A stretch of DNA of 37,441 bases from Flavobacteriaceae bacterium (GTDB lineage Bacteria > Bacteroidota > Bacteroidia > Flavobacteriales > Flavobacteriaceae), in assembly GCA_018608735.1 (NCBI GenBank), contig JABAYZ010000064.1, forward strand, positions 396 through 37,836. Direction: 5' to 3'. Below are positions 28,354-37,441 of this stretch, in pieces. The translations under genes were made by a program, and so were the position numbers. How positions within the stretch are numbered: the stretch's first letter is position 1; each line of letters opens with the position of its first letter. Under the pieces are notes generated by a model that was not told where the DNA came from, ran no database searches, and saw only the letters and a list, made by a program, of their open reading frames with translations.

Positions 28354-31300
28354 TGTTATTCTTAAAATAGTATTGTACCTTTAACTTGTACTCTTGCCGC
28401 AAAGGTAAGCTTTGTCGATTTAAAATCTCAGGTGTATTGAAGTATTGTTTGATTGTTTCTGCGCTGGGCACAGGGGCCTGAAAACGTTCGGCCTTAGTGG
28501 TGTTAGAAACCCTCTTAGTGTCTTCACCTTGTTGTTGAACAGCTTTTTCTAGTTTTAAAAGTTGGTGTTTAAGTAAGGTCATGTCTTGTAGCAATCTTTC
28601 CGTAATACCTTGATTTACAAGGTCTTGTTCAATTTTTTCCATAGAATCCAAAAGAGTGTTGCCATTACTCCCTAAGCTTTTTTTATCTAATAAATCTTGT
28701 AAAGCATTCCTGAGCTCTTGTTGTTTTTTGAAAATTTCAAACAACTCTCCTGTGTCTATTTCTGCATCCCCTTTTTGAACGCTTTGCTCGTTTTCACCTC
28801 CGTTTTGCGCTCCATTCTGACCCTCTTTGCCCTGCTTGCCATTCTTTCCTTTTTTACCGTCGGAATCTCCTTCTTTAGCTTCACCAGAATCCTGTTTGGG
28901 TTCGCCCTCGCCAAGAGACTGCTCTACTTTTTTCTTCAATTCCTCTTGACTCATAATAATATCCTGCAATTGCATATCGCCATCGCCATCACCTGGAGAC
29001 ATTTGCATCTGCATTTCCATGTTGTCTAAGGTATTGCTTAATAAATCTGCCAGAGTATTGGTGGCAGAAACAACAAATTGCTGTTTTCCAATAGCTTTTC
29101 TAAAACTGTTCTCGGAGAGTAACTCTAGGCTCTTATCGATATTAAAAAAGACTTCCGTAATTTCTTTGTTTATAGATTCTGAGATTTTTGGCTGCCTTAG
29201 GGATAACGAAAACAAACTGTCGTCGATATGCTCAAAATGTTCACGTAAATTATTTTGTTTCACCAGACGCTTCGCGTGTCCGTTTGTAGTTGTGGCAGAA
29301 GACTGAAAGCGTTTCATAAGCGCTTCTTGATCAAATGAAAACAGTAATAAATTATCTAAAATCTTACGCAACATGTCGATATCTTCACTCATTTGTTCTC
29401 CGCTTGCACCACTCATTTTTGATGCCATTTGCTGACTCATTTGTTGCATTTTATGAGCGGCTTTGCTTTGGCTTTTTTGAGCGCTCTTTTCACGTTGATT
29501 TCGCTCTTGAGCATCGGGTGATTTTTCCTTTTTACCTAGTTCATCACTGGCCTGTTCTTGGTCATTATTAATAGACTCTTCAAGGTTTGGGTCATCAGGA
29601 AGCGCCAGAGGCTTTGTCAACGCATCGTTGTCTTTCCTTAGGGTGTCTAGTTCTTTTTGGAGTGTCTTAAAATCGGTGTTCAGTTTTTCTTGAGCGGCTT
29701 TTGTATTATCTTCGGTCTCCTTTGACAACGCTGTTTGATCTTTGGACAATTGCTCCAAGTTATTCTTGATTTGTTCCGCTTTTTTGGTGACGTAATAGCG
29801 CTTTGTAAGTTCCAATAATTGTTCTAAACTCCGCTGTTTATTTTTATTTTGCTTTGCCATGTCCTCGAGTTTTTCGGCTAAGGCTTCTTTATTAATTTTG
29901 TCCGTGATTTTCTTTAACTCTTCTAATAGTTTTTCGTCTTTTTCAAGAGCATCTTGCTGGGCTTCAAGTCGTTTTTCTAACTGAGCTTTAAATGGATCTT
30001 CTTTTTTTGGTTTTTCAAACTGATTTAGATTATCCTGCATTTTTTTATTGAAGTTCTTCAATATCTTGTCTTGCGCTTGTTGGCGCTCTAAAAAAGATTT
30101 TAATTTTTGTTTATCACTAAAATTGAGTTGTTCTTTCTCTTTTTGATTTCTAGAAATTTCATTGAGATTTTTATTTTGTTTAGACAGAGTGGTCAGCGCC
30201 TTTTGAAAAGCATCACTAAGTTCGTTTTGTTCCTTTAACTGAAGGTCTTGAATGGTGTTTTCGCTTTTGGAATTGTAATTAAAAACACGGCTTCTTGTGG
30301 TTTTATTTTTATGAAACGGATCATTGTCAGACACCTCAAAATAAAGAGCGTAAGCAGTGTCGTCAATAAGCTCTAGGTTAGAGGGAAAAACATGGGTAAA
30401 CTCCTGAAAGGCCGAAGGGGTTACGGGTAAATCTAGAGTCTTAACACTAGAGGCATCTGCTACAGGGTAGTAATAGAGTTTTAAAGCACGGATTCCATAA
30501 TCGTCAGAAAGTTGCCCATAAAAATAAAGTGATTCTTGATAGGTTGAATCTTTTTTCATTTCGACCTTTATCGCTGGAGATTGGTCTTTAAGGGTTTGAA
30601 TAGAAAAACTTAGATTTTCGTAATTTTTAAGCTTAGCGTTGCTGGTTTGAATCGTATAGTTTAAGGGTTCAAAAACCCGTTGACTGTAGTGAAATGTTTG
30701 CGCTTTGTGATCAAAGAAAGACAGGGTATCTTTATATGCAAATGCTACGGAGTCTGTAGCCATGGTGCGCAGTTCCCACTTTATCTTAGTTCCTTCGGGG
30801 ACAGTTGCATTGCCATTGTTTGCAATATTTTGATCTGATTTGCCTGTATAGGCGGGGTAGTCCAGAAACATGTTAAAACTCAGAAGAGTAGGAATCGCTA
30901 AAACCTCTAGACGGTATGGTTTTGACTGAACCTCATCAGCTAAAAGTTTAAAATTAATAGCGGATTTTGGCTTGGGAAACGCATATTCAAAAACGCCTAG
31001 TGCTGTTTGATTTAAAAGGTAAACTTCGTCGTTATATAATATTTGAACGTCATCAGGCACTACCGAGCCAACGGTTTTAGCGACTAAAGTAAATGGGGTG
31101 TTCTCAATGGCTTCAAGAGTAGGGTTAATTATAAAAAATTCAAAAGGCGCTGGTGGCGTATAAGCCGTTTTATAGTTAACAACTCGTTTTAGGCTGTCGG
31201 TAAATACGGCCTGTTTTCCGAAAGCAATACACAGAGAAACAATTAGAATTGGTAGTGCTGCATAGCGTAAATATTTGAGGTTCTCAGAAAGATTGACTGC

Positions 31301-31726
31301 GCTCTTAAAAGGAATTAGACTTAAGTTGTTCGATTTTTGTTCAATACTGGCTATAAGAAATTCGGTGTGTTCCGATTGTTGGTTTAGCTGAAGTACATTT
31401 AAAAGTTTGTCTTTGACTTCGGGAAAATGATCCCCAACAATTTTTGAAGCCGCTTCGAAATCAATGCCTTTATGAATTTTAAAATATTTGGCAAGTGGTA
31501 TAAAAATAAATCCATAAAAAAGTATGACTTCAAAACCGATCACCCCTCCAAACAACAACAGGCGACCAAAAGAATTTAACCAAAAAAAGTGTTCGATACT
31601 CAACAACAGCAAGGCGTATAGCAATCCAATAGCAAAAAACAAGAGCAGCCCTTTCAGTAAGGCGCTTAGGTAATAGCGTCGGATGAAATGTTCTAATTTT
31701 TGCTCTATGTTATGAAAGCTGTCCAA
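28346..31726 (-). CDS. Large membrane-anchored coiled-coil protein (DUF4175-like)
   Basis: N-terminal TM helices, Ig-like region (YPAYTGK, SDDYGI, EVSDND), long Q/E/K coiled coil, LPLRQEYK.KV..YF C-terminus. Confidence 0.7.
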   Translation of the reverse strand: MDSFHNIEQKLEHFIRRYYLSALLKGLLLFFAIGLLYALLLLSIEHFFWLNSFGRLLLFGGVIGFEVILFYGFIFIPLAKYFKIHKGIDFEAASKIVGDHFPEVKDKLLNVLQLNQQSEHTEFLIASIEQKSNNLSLIPFKSAVNLSENLKYLRYAALPILIVSLCIAFGKQAVFTDSLKRVVNYKTAYTPPAPFEFFIINPTLEAIENTPFTLVAKTVGSVVPDDVQILYNDEVYLLNQTALGVFEYAFPKPKSAINFKLLADEVQSKPYRLEVLAIPTLLSFNMFLDYPAYTGKSDQNIANNGNATVPEGTKIKWELRTMATDSVAFAYKDTLSFFDHKAQTFHYSQRVFEPLNYTIQTSNAKLKNYENLSFSIQTLKDQSPAIKVEMKKDSTYQESLYFYGQLSDDYGIRALKLYYYPVADASSVKTLDLPVTPSAFQEFTHVFPSNLELIDDTAYALYFEVSDNDPFHKNKTTRSRVFNYNSKSENTIQDLQLKEQNELSDAFQKALTTLSKQNKNLNEISRNQKEKEQLNFSDKQKLKSFLERQQAQDKILKNFNKKMQDNLNQFEKPKKEDPFKAQLEKRLEAQQDALEKDEKLLEELKKITDKINKEALAEKLEDMAKQNKNKQRSLEQLLELTKRYYVTKKAEQIKNNLEQLSKDQTALSKETEDNTKAAQEKLNTDFKTLQKELDTLRKDNDALTKPLALPDDPNLEESINNDQEQASDELGKKEKSPDAQERNQREKSAQKSQSKAAHKMQQMSQQMASKMSGASGEQMSEDIDMLRKILDNLLLFSFDQEALMKRFQSSATTTNGHAKRLVKQNNLREHFEHIDDSLFSLSLRQPKISESINKEITEVFFNIDKSLELLSENSFRKAIGKQQFVVSATNTLADLLSNTLDNMEMQMQMSPGDGDGDMQLQDIIMSQEELKKKVEQSLGEGEPKQDSGEAKEGDSDGKKGKNGKQGKEGQNGAQNGGENEQSVQKGDAEIDTGELFEIFKKQQELRNALQDLLDKKSLGSNGNTLLDSMEKIEQDLVNQGITERLLQDMTLLKHQLLKLEKAVQQQGEDTKRVSNTTKAERFQAPVPSAETIKQYFNTPEILNRQSLPLRQEYKLKVQYYFKNNND

Positions 31727-32109
31727 GTGAGATTCCGTTTGAGTGAATAAAATTACAATAATAATCCATATTGAAGGTCACTTTTTTTTGATATGTCTAT
31801 GGAAACAAAAAAATCGTTGGCAAAACAATCCATATTTAGCTGAAGTCGTTGAAAAAATGGGGTATCTATTTGGATATCAGTATTATTTTTGTTTATTTTA
31901 TGAAGGATTAAGACCCCAAGTCTAAATCTTCATAAGCGATTTAACCGAAGCTTAAGATATTATTTTACGTATTGATGTGTAGGTAAAAGGCTTACATCAA
32001 AAAAGAGTTGTACACAATGACAAATAAAACGTTGTGTGATCTCGCGACATTTAATAATAATCGCAAGCCATTGTATAGAAAACAAGGTTTGCAAAAATTT
32101 CAGAAACAA

Positions 32110-32754
32110 ATGAAAAAACTATTAGTACTTAGCATTGCACTTCTTTTTAGCAATTTGACGATTAGTCAGACAAACTTATTTGAGCATCCAGAATTCGATG
32201 AGATTGCTAAAAATCACAAAATTATTGCGGTCATTCCGTTCAAAACATCCATTGAACTGCGACCTAGACAAATGAAAGATATCACTCCAAAAGAGTTAGA
32301 AAAAATGGAGCGATCGGAAGGGGCGTCCATCCAGTCTGCGATGTATTCGTGGTTTTTGAAAAGAAAAAAAAGAGGTACATTGAGTGTTAATATTCAAAAC
32401 ACTGCAGCCACAAATGCCAAATTGAAAAAAGCTGGTGTTTCATATGAAAACTACGAAACATTTACGCCCGCTGAATTGGCAAAAATATTAGATGTAGATT
32501 CCATTATTATGGGAACATTTAAAACAAACAAACCGATGTCTGAAGGTGCGTCTGTTGCATTGGGTTTATTGATTGGGTTTTGGGGCACAACCAACGCTGC
32601 GACGATCAATTTAAGCGTCTATAATGCCGAAGATGGAGAGCTTCTTGTCAACTATAACAAAAAAGTAAGGGGTAGTGTTGGAACGGATAATGATGACCTA
32701 ATTAACAGAGTTATGCGCAAAGCGTCTCGGAGAATTGCTTACACCAAAAACTAG
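32110..32754 (+). CDS. Secreted hypothetical protein (possible CsgG/LpoB-like alpha/beta fold); start 32110
   Basis: MKKLLVLSIALLF signal peptide; IAVIPF, ELAKILDVDSII.G, L.VYNAEDGELL pattern. Confidence 0.7.
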   Translation: MKKLLVLSIALLFSNLTISQTNLFEHPEFDEIAKNHKIIAVIPFKTSIELRPRQMKDITPKELEKMERSEGASIQSAMYSWFLKRKKRGTLSVNIQNTAATNAKLKKAGVSYENYETFTPAELAKILDVDSIIMGTFKTNKPMSEGASVALGLLIGFWGTTNAATINLSVYNAEDGELLVNYNKKVRGSVGTDNDDLINRVMRKASRRIAYTKN

Positions 32755-32806
32755 TGCAAAAACCTTTCCGTGCAAGACAATGACAAGTTGGGTTTTGTAT
32801 TTCGTT

Positions 32807-32814
32807 TATATTTG
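32807..32814 (+). promoter_or_regulatory. -7 promoter box (TATATTTG) upstream of methyltransferase
   Basis: TAnnTTTG match inside an imperfect inverted repeat. Confidence 0.45.
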
Positions 32815-32887
32815 CTAAATTCGGCACTGAAACAACACAACTAAACTAACACAAACCCATTATTCTAAATAGTGGCACAAGAGATAC

Positions 32888-33487
32888 ATGAAAAGCTTAA
32901 TCCGAAAACTAAAAAAAAAATTTTTTGAGAAAGAAGTATATTTAAAAGTGTACGAACCCAGAAAAAAAACCGTGCCAGAAAAAACGATTCCGGTTACTAC
33001 TGCATGGAAAGGCTTAGAGTTAATTATTGAAGACATATTAGATCAATTTGATGTTAATAGAGGCAGCTGTATAGAGTTTGGTGTAGAGTTTGGGTTTTCA
33101 TCAGTAGTGTTCTCAAACTATTTTGAAAAAGTTACTGGAATTGATACGTTTATTGGTGATGAACATACCGTACATAAAGGTGACCATTATGATAAAACAA
33201 AACAATCTTTAATTGGGTTTGAAAACATTGAATTGGTGCAATCAGACTATAAAGATTGGATAAAAAAAGACACCAATCAGTATGATTTTGCCCACGTTGA
33301 CATTGTTCACAATTACAAAGAAACATATGAGTGTGGACTTTGGGCGGTGCAACACAGCAAATGCTGTATTTTTCATGATACAGAAAGTTTTCCGGAAGTC
33401 AGACGAGCTGTATTTGATATTGCAAAAAACACTGGAAAAACCGCATATAATTATCCCTACCATTATGGTTTAGGAATTATTGCTTAA
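32888..33487 (+). CDS. Class I SAM-dependent methyltransferase (Methyltransf_24-like)
   Basis: IEFGVEFGFSS, GIDTFIGD, DFAHVDIVHNY, IFHDT. Confidence 0.8.
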   Translation: MKSLIRKLKKKFFEKEVYLKVYEPRKKTVPEKTIPVTTAWKGLELIIEDILDQFDVNRGSCIEFGVEFGFSSVVFSNYFEKVTGIDTFIGDEHTVHKGDHYDKTKQSLIGFENIELVQSDYKDWIKKDTNQYDFAHVDIVHNYKETYECGLWAVQHSKCCIFHDTESFPEVRRAVFDIAKNTGKTAYNYPYHYGLGIIA

Positions 33488-33709
33488 TCCCTTTACTGAC
33501 ATCTAATAACAACTCAAAAAAATTAGACGCTGAGATGTAAAAAATAAAATCTTATGGAAAACATACGAACGCATTGTAAGTCTGAAATTTTGATGTGTTT
33601 GACTTCATTATATTAGTCAGCTAAAGAAAAGGAATAGCTTAAAAAGCTAATCTAGCTCCAAAAATTAATATGTCTATATGCGAGCAATCTGATTAGTTAT
33701 CCTTTTTTT

Positions 33710-33933
33710 AGAGAAAAATATGACTCCATAAAAGACTTTTAGACTAAGGACTATCTAAATACATAACGTTATAAGCTTTGTTGAATCATCAAATTTAGCG
33801 GTAAAAGTAAAACCCTACATTTAACGGAAAAGTCACCTGGCACACTGTAAAGGTAAAACTCGATTTGGTGGCACGAGAAATTATCAAGCGTATCCCCAAA
33901 ACAAGTCCCCATAAATTACAACTAAAAATATAA
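33710..33933 (+). pseudogene. Frameshifted remnant of a small Bacteroidota protein (DUF6958-like, recalled from memory)
   Basis: Three consecutive frames give REKYDSIKDF / LRTI*IHNVISFVESSNLAVK / NPTFNGKVTWHTVKVKLDLVAREIIKRIPKTSPHKLQLKI*, resembling a family C-terminus I recall as F.GKV.WY.VTVKLDLEAR.IIERIPKTSPH.L. Confidence 0.55.
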
Positions 33934-34029
33934 CCCTCTAAAATTTGATTTTGGGCAACTACCAAAAAAGTAATACTCTCTCACCCAACTTCAACGCCTC
34001 GTCTCTTTCCTAAAAACACCGCCTAATTC

Positions 34030-34061
34030 TTTGGGGAATGTATTCTGCAGCTCTATCTTTG
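34030..34061 (+). promoter_or_regulatory. Bacteroidota sigma-A promoter for gltX (TTTG-N20-TATCTTTG)
   Basis: -33 TTTG at 34030-34033 and -7 box at 34054-34061 with 20-nt spacing. Confidence 0.7.
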
Positions 34062-34079
34062 TAGTATTAATACAAGACC

Positions 34080-35597
34080 ATGAACACTACTATTCGCGTA
34101 CGCTTTGCACCAAGTCCCACAGGGCCACTTCATATTGGAGGAGTGCGAACCGCACTTTTCAATTATCTATTTGCAAAAAAAAACGGCGGCACCTTTGTGC
34201 TACGTATCGAAGATACCGACCAAAAACGCTATGTGGATGGTGCCGAAGACTATGTCATAAATACACTAGACTGGTGCAACATTCCGTTTGATGAAGGCCC
34301 CGGAAAAGACGGTGGTTTTGGGCCGTACCGACAAAGTGAGCGCAAACATTTGTACAAGAAATATGTCGATTTACTGATAGAAACCAACAACGCCTATTAT
34401 GCCTTTGACACCGCAGAAGCCCTAGACGAAGAGCGTAAAAACCACGAGGCAAAAGGCAAAACTTTTATATACAATTGGCACAACAGGACTCGAGGGCGAC
34501 TGGTTAATTCCTTGGTTTTATCTAAGGACGATGTAGCTAAAAAATTTGCAAATGGCGATGACTATGTCGTGCGTTTTTTAGCGCCTCAAGATGGAACGCT
34601 TGAGCTCACCGACCTTATTAGGGGCACTATAAAAATTGATACCAATACTCTAGACGATAAAGTACTGTTTAAATCGGACGGCATGCCAACCTACCACCTT
34701 GCAAACGTAGTGGACGATTATTTAATGAAAATTACACACGTTATTCGTGGAGAAGAATGGTTACCATCCTTAGCATTGCACCAACTTTTGTACACTGCAT
34801 TTGGCTGGGAATCACCAGAATTTGCCCACCTCCCCTTGATTTTAAAACCAACAGGTAAAGGAAAATTAAGCAAACGTGATGGCGATAAGCTAGGGTTTCC
34901 TGTATTTCCATTAAACTGGGAAGACCCCTCGACTAATAGCGTTTCAAAAGGCTACAAAGAAAGTGGGTACTTTCCTGAAGCCGTAATTAATTTTTTAGCA
35001 TTCTTGGGGTGGAACCCTGGCACAGAACAAGAGCTTTTTAGCTTAAATGAGCTTATAGAAGCCTTTGACTTAAAAAACGTTAATAAAGCCGGCGCACGAT
35101 TTGATCCAGATAAAACAAAATGGTTCAACCACCAATACATGCAAAACGCAACACCAGAAACATTGGCAGTCGACTTTATAAACGCAACTCCAGAACTTGC
35201 GACTATAGATCCAAACTATGTGGAACTTGTGATCAACCTCATCAAAGAACGCGCAAGCTTTCCGTCTGAATTTTGGGGATTAAGCCATTACTTCTTTAAA
35301 GCTCCAAGTGAGTTCGCAGAGGCAGCGCTTAAAAAAGCATGGAAAGAACAGTCTAAAGACCTAATGCAACAATTGATCGCTATACTTGAAACAGCCGACG
35401 ACAGTAGTGTTGACGCCCTTCAAGCCACTGTAAAAGAGTGGATCACCCAAAACGAAATCGGCTTTGGAAAAATCATGATGCCTCTAAGAGTAGCGCTGGT
35501 CGGTGCACTGGAAGGCGTCGATGTGTTTGACATCATCTATCTTATTGGAAAATCCGAAACAATCAAACGGATTCAAACCCTGACTGACCGTCATTAA
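34080..35597 (+). CDS. gltX: Glutamate--tRNA ligase
   Basis: RFAPSPTGPLHIGG, LRIEDTD, GPYRQSER, PTYHLANVVDD, HVIRGEEW, KLSKR. Confidence 0.98.
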   Translation: MNTTIRVRFAPSPTGPLHIGGVRTALFNYLFAKKNGGTFVLRIEDTDQKRYVDGAEDYVINTLDWCNIPFDEGPGKDGGFGPYRQSERKHLYKKYVDLLIETNNAYYAFDTAEALDEERKNHEAKGKTFIYNWHNRTRGRLVNSLVLSKDDVAKKFANGDDYVVRFLAPQDGTLELTDLIRGTIKIDTNTLDDKVLFKSDGMPTYHLANVVDDYLMKITHVIRGEEWLPSLALHQLLYTAFGWESPEFAHLPLILKPTGKGKLSKRDGDKLGFPVFPLNWEDPSTNSVSKGYKESGYFPEAVINFLAFLGWNPGTEQELFSLNELIEAFDLKNVNKAGARFDPDKTKWFNHQYMQNATPETLAVDFINATPELATIDPNYVELVINLIKERASFPSEFWGLSHYFFKAPSEFAEAALKKAWKEQSKDLMQQLIAILETADDSSVDALQATVKEWITQNEIGFGKIMMPLRVALVGALEGVDVFDIIYLIGKSETIKRIQTLTDRH

Positions 35598-35627
35598 TAA
35601 ATCTAAATGTTGTGTGAGAAATTTGAT

Positions 35628-35635
35628 TACTTTTG
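35628..35635 (+). promoter_or_regulatory. -7 promoter box (TACTTTTG) for lepA
   Basis: TAnnTTTG 33 nt upstream of the ATG. Confidence 0.6.
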
Positions 35636-35668
35636 CCTTCGCATACAACGCATCCTGAAATAGAGTAA

Positions 35669-37441
35669 ATGAAGTATATTAGAAACTTTTGTATCATCGC
35701 CCATATTGACCACGGTAAAAGTACTTTGGCAGATCGCTTATTGGATTTTACTGGTGCCGTCACGGAACGGGAAAAACAAAGTCAATTGCTAGATAGCATG
35801 GATTTGGAACGCGAACGTGGTATTACCATCAAGTCACATGCGATCCAAATGGAGTATACACACAAGGGACAGGAATATATTTTAAACTTGATTGACACCC
35901 CTGGTCATGTCGATTTTAGTTATGAAGTCTCTCGATCAATCGCAGCCTGTGAAGGCGCTCTTTTGATTGTGGATGCGGCACAAAGTATTCAGGCACAAAC
36001 CATTTCAAATTTATACTTAGCACTGGAGAATGATTTAGAAATTATTCCCGTTTTAAATAAGGTCGATTTGCCGAGCGCTAACCCTGAAGAAGTTACAGAT
36101 GATATTGTAGAGCTCCTAGGTTGTGATGCCTCAGAAGTCATTCCTGCAAGCGCCAAAACAGGGATTGGAATAGAAGCAATTTTATCCGCAATAATAGAAA
36201 CCATTCCTCCGCCAAAGGGAGATCCTGAAGCGCCATTACAAGCCCTTGTTTTTGATTCTGTTTACAATTCATTTAGAGGGGTTGAAACCTATTTTAAAAT
36301 CAAAAACGGAAGCATTAAAAAAAACCAACAGGTTAAATTTATAGCCACTGGAAAAGTCTATGGTGCAGATGAGGTGGGAACACTCAACCTCACGCAAACT
36401 CCAAAAAAAGAAATTAAAACAGGCGATGTAGGCTACCTCATTACTGGTATAAAAGATGCCCGTGATGTCAAAGTAGGAGACACCATTACCGATGCCAACT
36501 TTCCAACAACCGAAGCAGTCGAAGGATTTGAGGATGTAAAACCTATGGTTTTTGCTGGACTCTATCCTGTAGACACCGAAGAATATGAAGAGCTTCGTGC
36601 GTCTATGGAAAAACTACAACTTAATGACGCCTCTTTAGTCTTTCAGGCAGAAAGCTCTGCGGCATTAGGATTTGGTTTTCGATGTGGGTTTTTAGGCATG
36701 TTGCACTTAGAGATTATACAAGAACGCTTAGAGCGTGAATTTAATATGACGGTGATTACGACCGTACCCAACGTGTCTTACCATGCCTTTACACGTAAAA
36801 ACCCCGATACGATTGTGACGCTAAATAACCCAACAGACTTGCCAGACCCCTCTGGATTGGATCGTGTTGAAGAACCCTATATCAAAGCCTCAATAATTAC
36901 CAAATCTGACTTTGTTGGAAATGTGATGTCGTTATGTATCGAAAAGCGTGGACAAATTACAAGTCAGAACTATTTGACACCAGAGCGGGTAGAATTAACT
37001 TTCGATATGCCCCTAGCTGAAATTGTGTTTGACTTTTATGACCGCTTGAAAACGGTATCAAAAGGATATGCCTCTTTTGATTATTCGCCGATTGGGATGC
37101 GAGTGTCCAAATTAGTTAGAGTAGATGTGTTGCTAAACGGGCAATCTGTGGACGCTCTTTCGGCCTTAATTCACATAGATAACTCGGTAAATATTGGTAA
37201 AAAAATGTGTGCTAAACTAAAGGAGCTCATACCAAGACAACAATTTGATATCCCTATTCAGGCTGCAATTGGTGCAAAAATTATTTCTAGAGAAACCGTT
37301 AAAGCAGTTCGTAAAGATGTTACGGCCAAATGTTATGGCGGTGATATTTCAAGAAAACGAAAGCTTTTAGAAAATCAGAAAAAGGGTAAAAAACGAATGC
37401 GTCAAGTAGGAAATGTCGAAATTCCTCAAGAAGCATTTATG
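35669..37441 (+). CDS. lepA: Translation elongation factor 4 (LepA), last codons outside window
   Basis: Not in ORF track; [74 protein letters not shown]. Confidence 0.97.
   Translation, partial: MKYIRNFCIIAHIDHGKSTLADRLLDFTGAVTEREKQSQLLDSMDLERERGITIKSHAIQMEYTHKGQEYILNLIDTPGHVDFSYEVSRSIAACEGALLIVDAAQSIQAQTISNLYLALENDLEIIPVLNKVDLPSANPEEVTDDIVELLGCDASEVIPASAKTGIGIEAILSAIIETIPPPKGDPEAPLQALVFDSVYNSFRGVETYFKIKNGSIKKNQQVKFIATGKVYGADEVGTLNLTQTPKKEIKTGDVGYLITGIKDARDVKVGDTITDANFPTTEAVEGFEDVKPMVFAGLYPVDTEEYEELRASMEKLQLNDASLVFQAESSAALGFGFRCGFLGMLHLEIIQERLEREFNMTVITTVPNVSYHAFTRKNPDTIVTLNNPTDLPDPSGLDRVEEPYIKASIITKSDFVGNVMSLCIEKRGQITSQNYLTPERVELTFDMPLAEIVFDFYDRLKTVSKGYASFDYSPIGMRVSKLVRVDVLLNGQSVDALSALIHIDNSVNIGKKMCAKLKELIPRQQFDIPIQAAIGAKIISRETVKAVRKDVTAKCYGGDISRKRKLLENQKKGKKRMRQVGNVEIPQEAFM

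Noticed and set aside
28780-29020. Short repeats encoding GDGDGD, MEMQMQM and GK/GQ runs
   Set aside because: Low-complexity linker of the coiled-coil protein, not a DNA repeat array.
31743-31975. 60-aa ORF (31743-31925) and a stop-riddled frame with a hydrophobic stretch (31793-31975)
   Set aside because: No family recognised and multiple stops; cannot be distinguished from AT-rich noncoding DNA.
33721-33778. Four GACT repeats and the ATAACGTTAT palindrome as a regulatory array or mini-CRISPR
   Set aside because: Too short and irregular, and lies inside the pseudogene remnant.
31727-34079. Strand switch as oriC or ter/dif
   Set aside because: No DnaA-box cluster or dif arm (TTATGTTAAA) found; spot GC-skew counts tracked gene strand inconsistently.
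386-36204. Numerous short antisense or overlapping ORFs (e.g. 386-610, 4403-4708, 8334-8783, 9050-9448, 28718-29306, 35563-35763, 35989-36204)
   Set aside because: They are shadows of well-supported genes on the opposite strand or frame, with no recognisable motifs.

Overview
Flavobacteriaceae-type (Bacteroidota) chromosomal window, assigned from gene content and TAnnTTTG promoter boxes. Bases 1-14.9 kb (minus strand) hold a surface-glycan locus: a Wzz-like protein, rfbC/rfbD, gmd/fcl and a pseudaminic-acid pathway (pseB, pseC, PseH-like GNAT, SpsF-type cytidylyltransferase, pseG, pseI). The Pse pathway is interrupted by two extra modules: aldo/keto reductase + class III aminotransferase, and SDR + metallophosphoesterase + ATP-grasp ligase. 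These suggest an unusually modified nonulosonic acid, the most interesting candidate system here. Bases 14.9-31.7 kb are conserved backbone: a nucleosidase-fold protein, GH3 amido synthetase, M23 peptidase, tatA, a lipoprotein, a LysM lytic transglycosylase, pgk, holB, skp/ompH, a methyltransferase, mnmG flanked by two parS palindromes (suggesting origin proximity), ybeY and a large coiled-coil protein. A small accessory patch (31.7-34 kb: two genes, hairpins, one eroded gene) precedes gltX and lepA, which is cut by the window edge. No rRNA, tRNA, CRISPR array or transposase was seen. All family assignments come from motif recognition by eye, not database searches.
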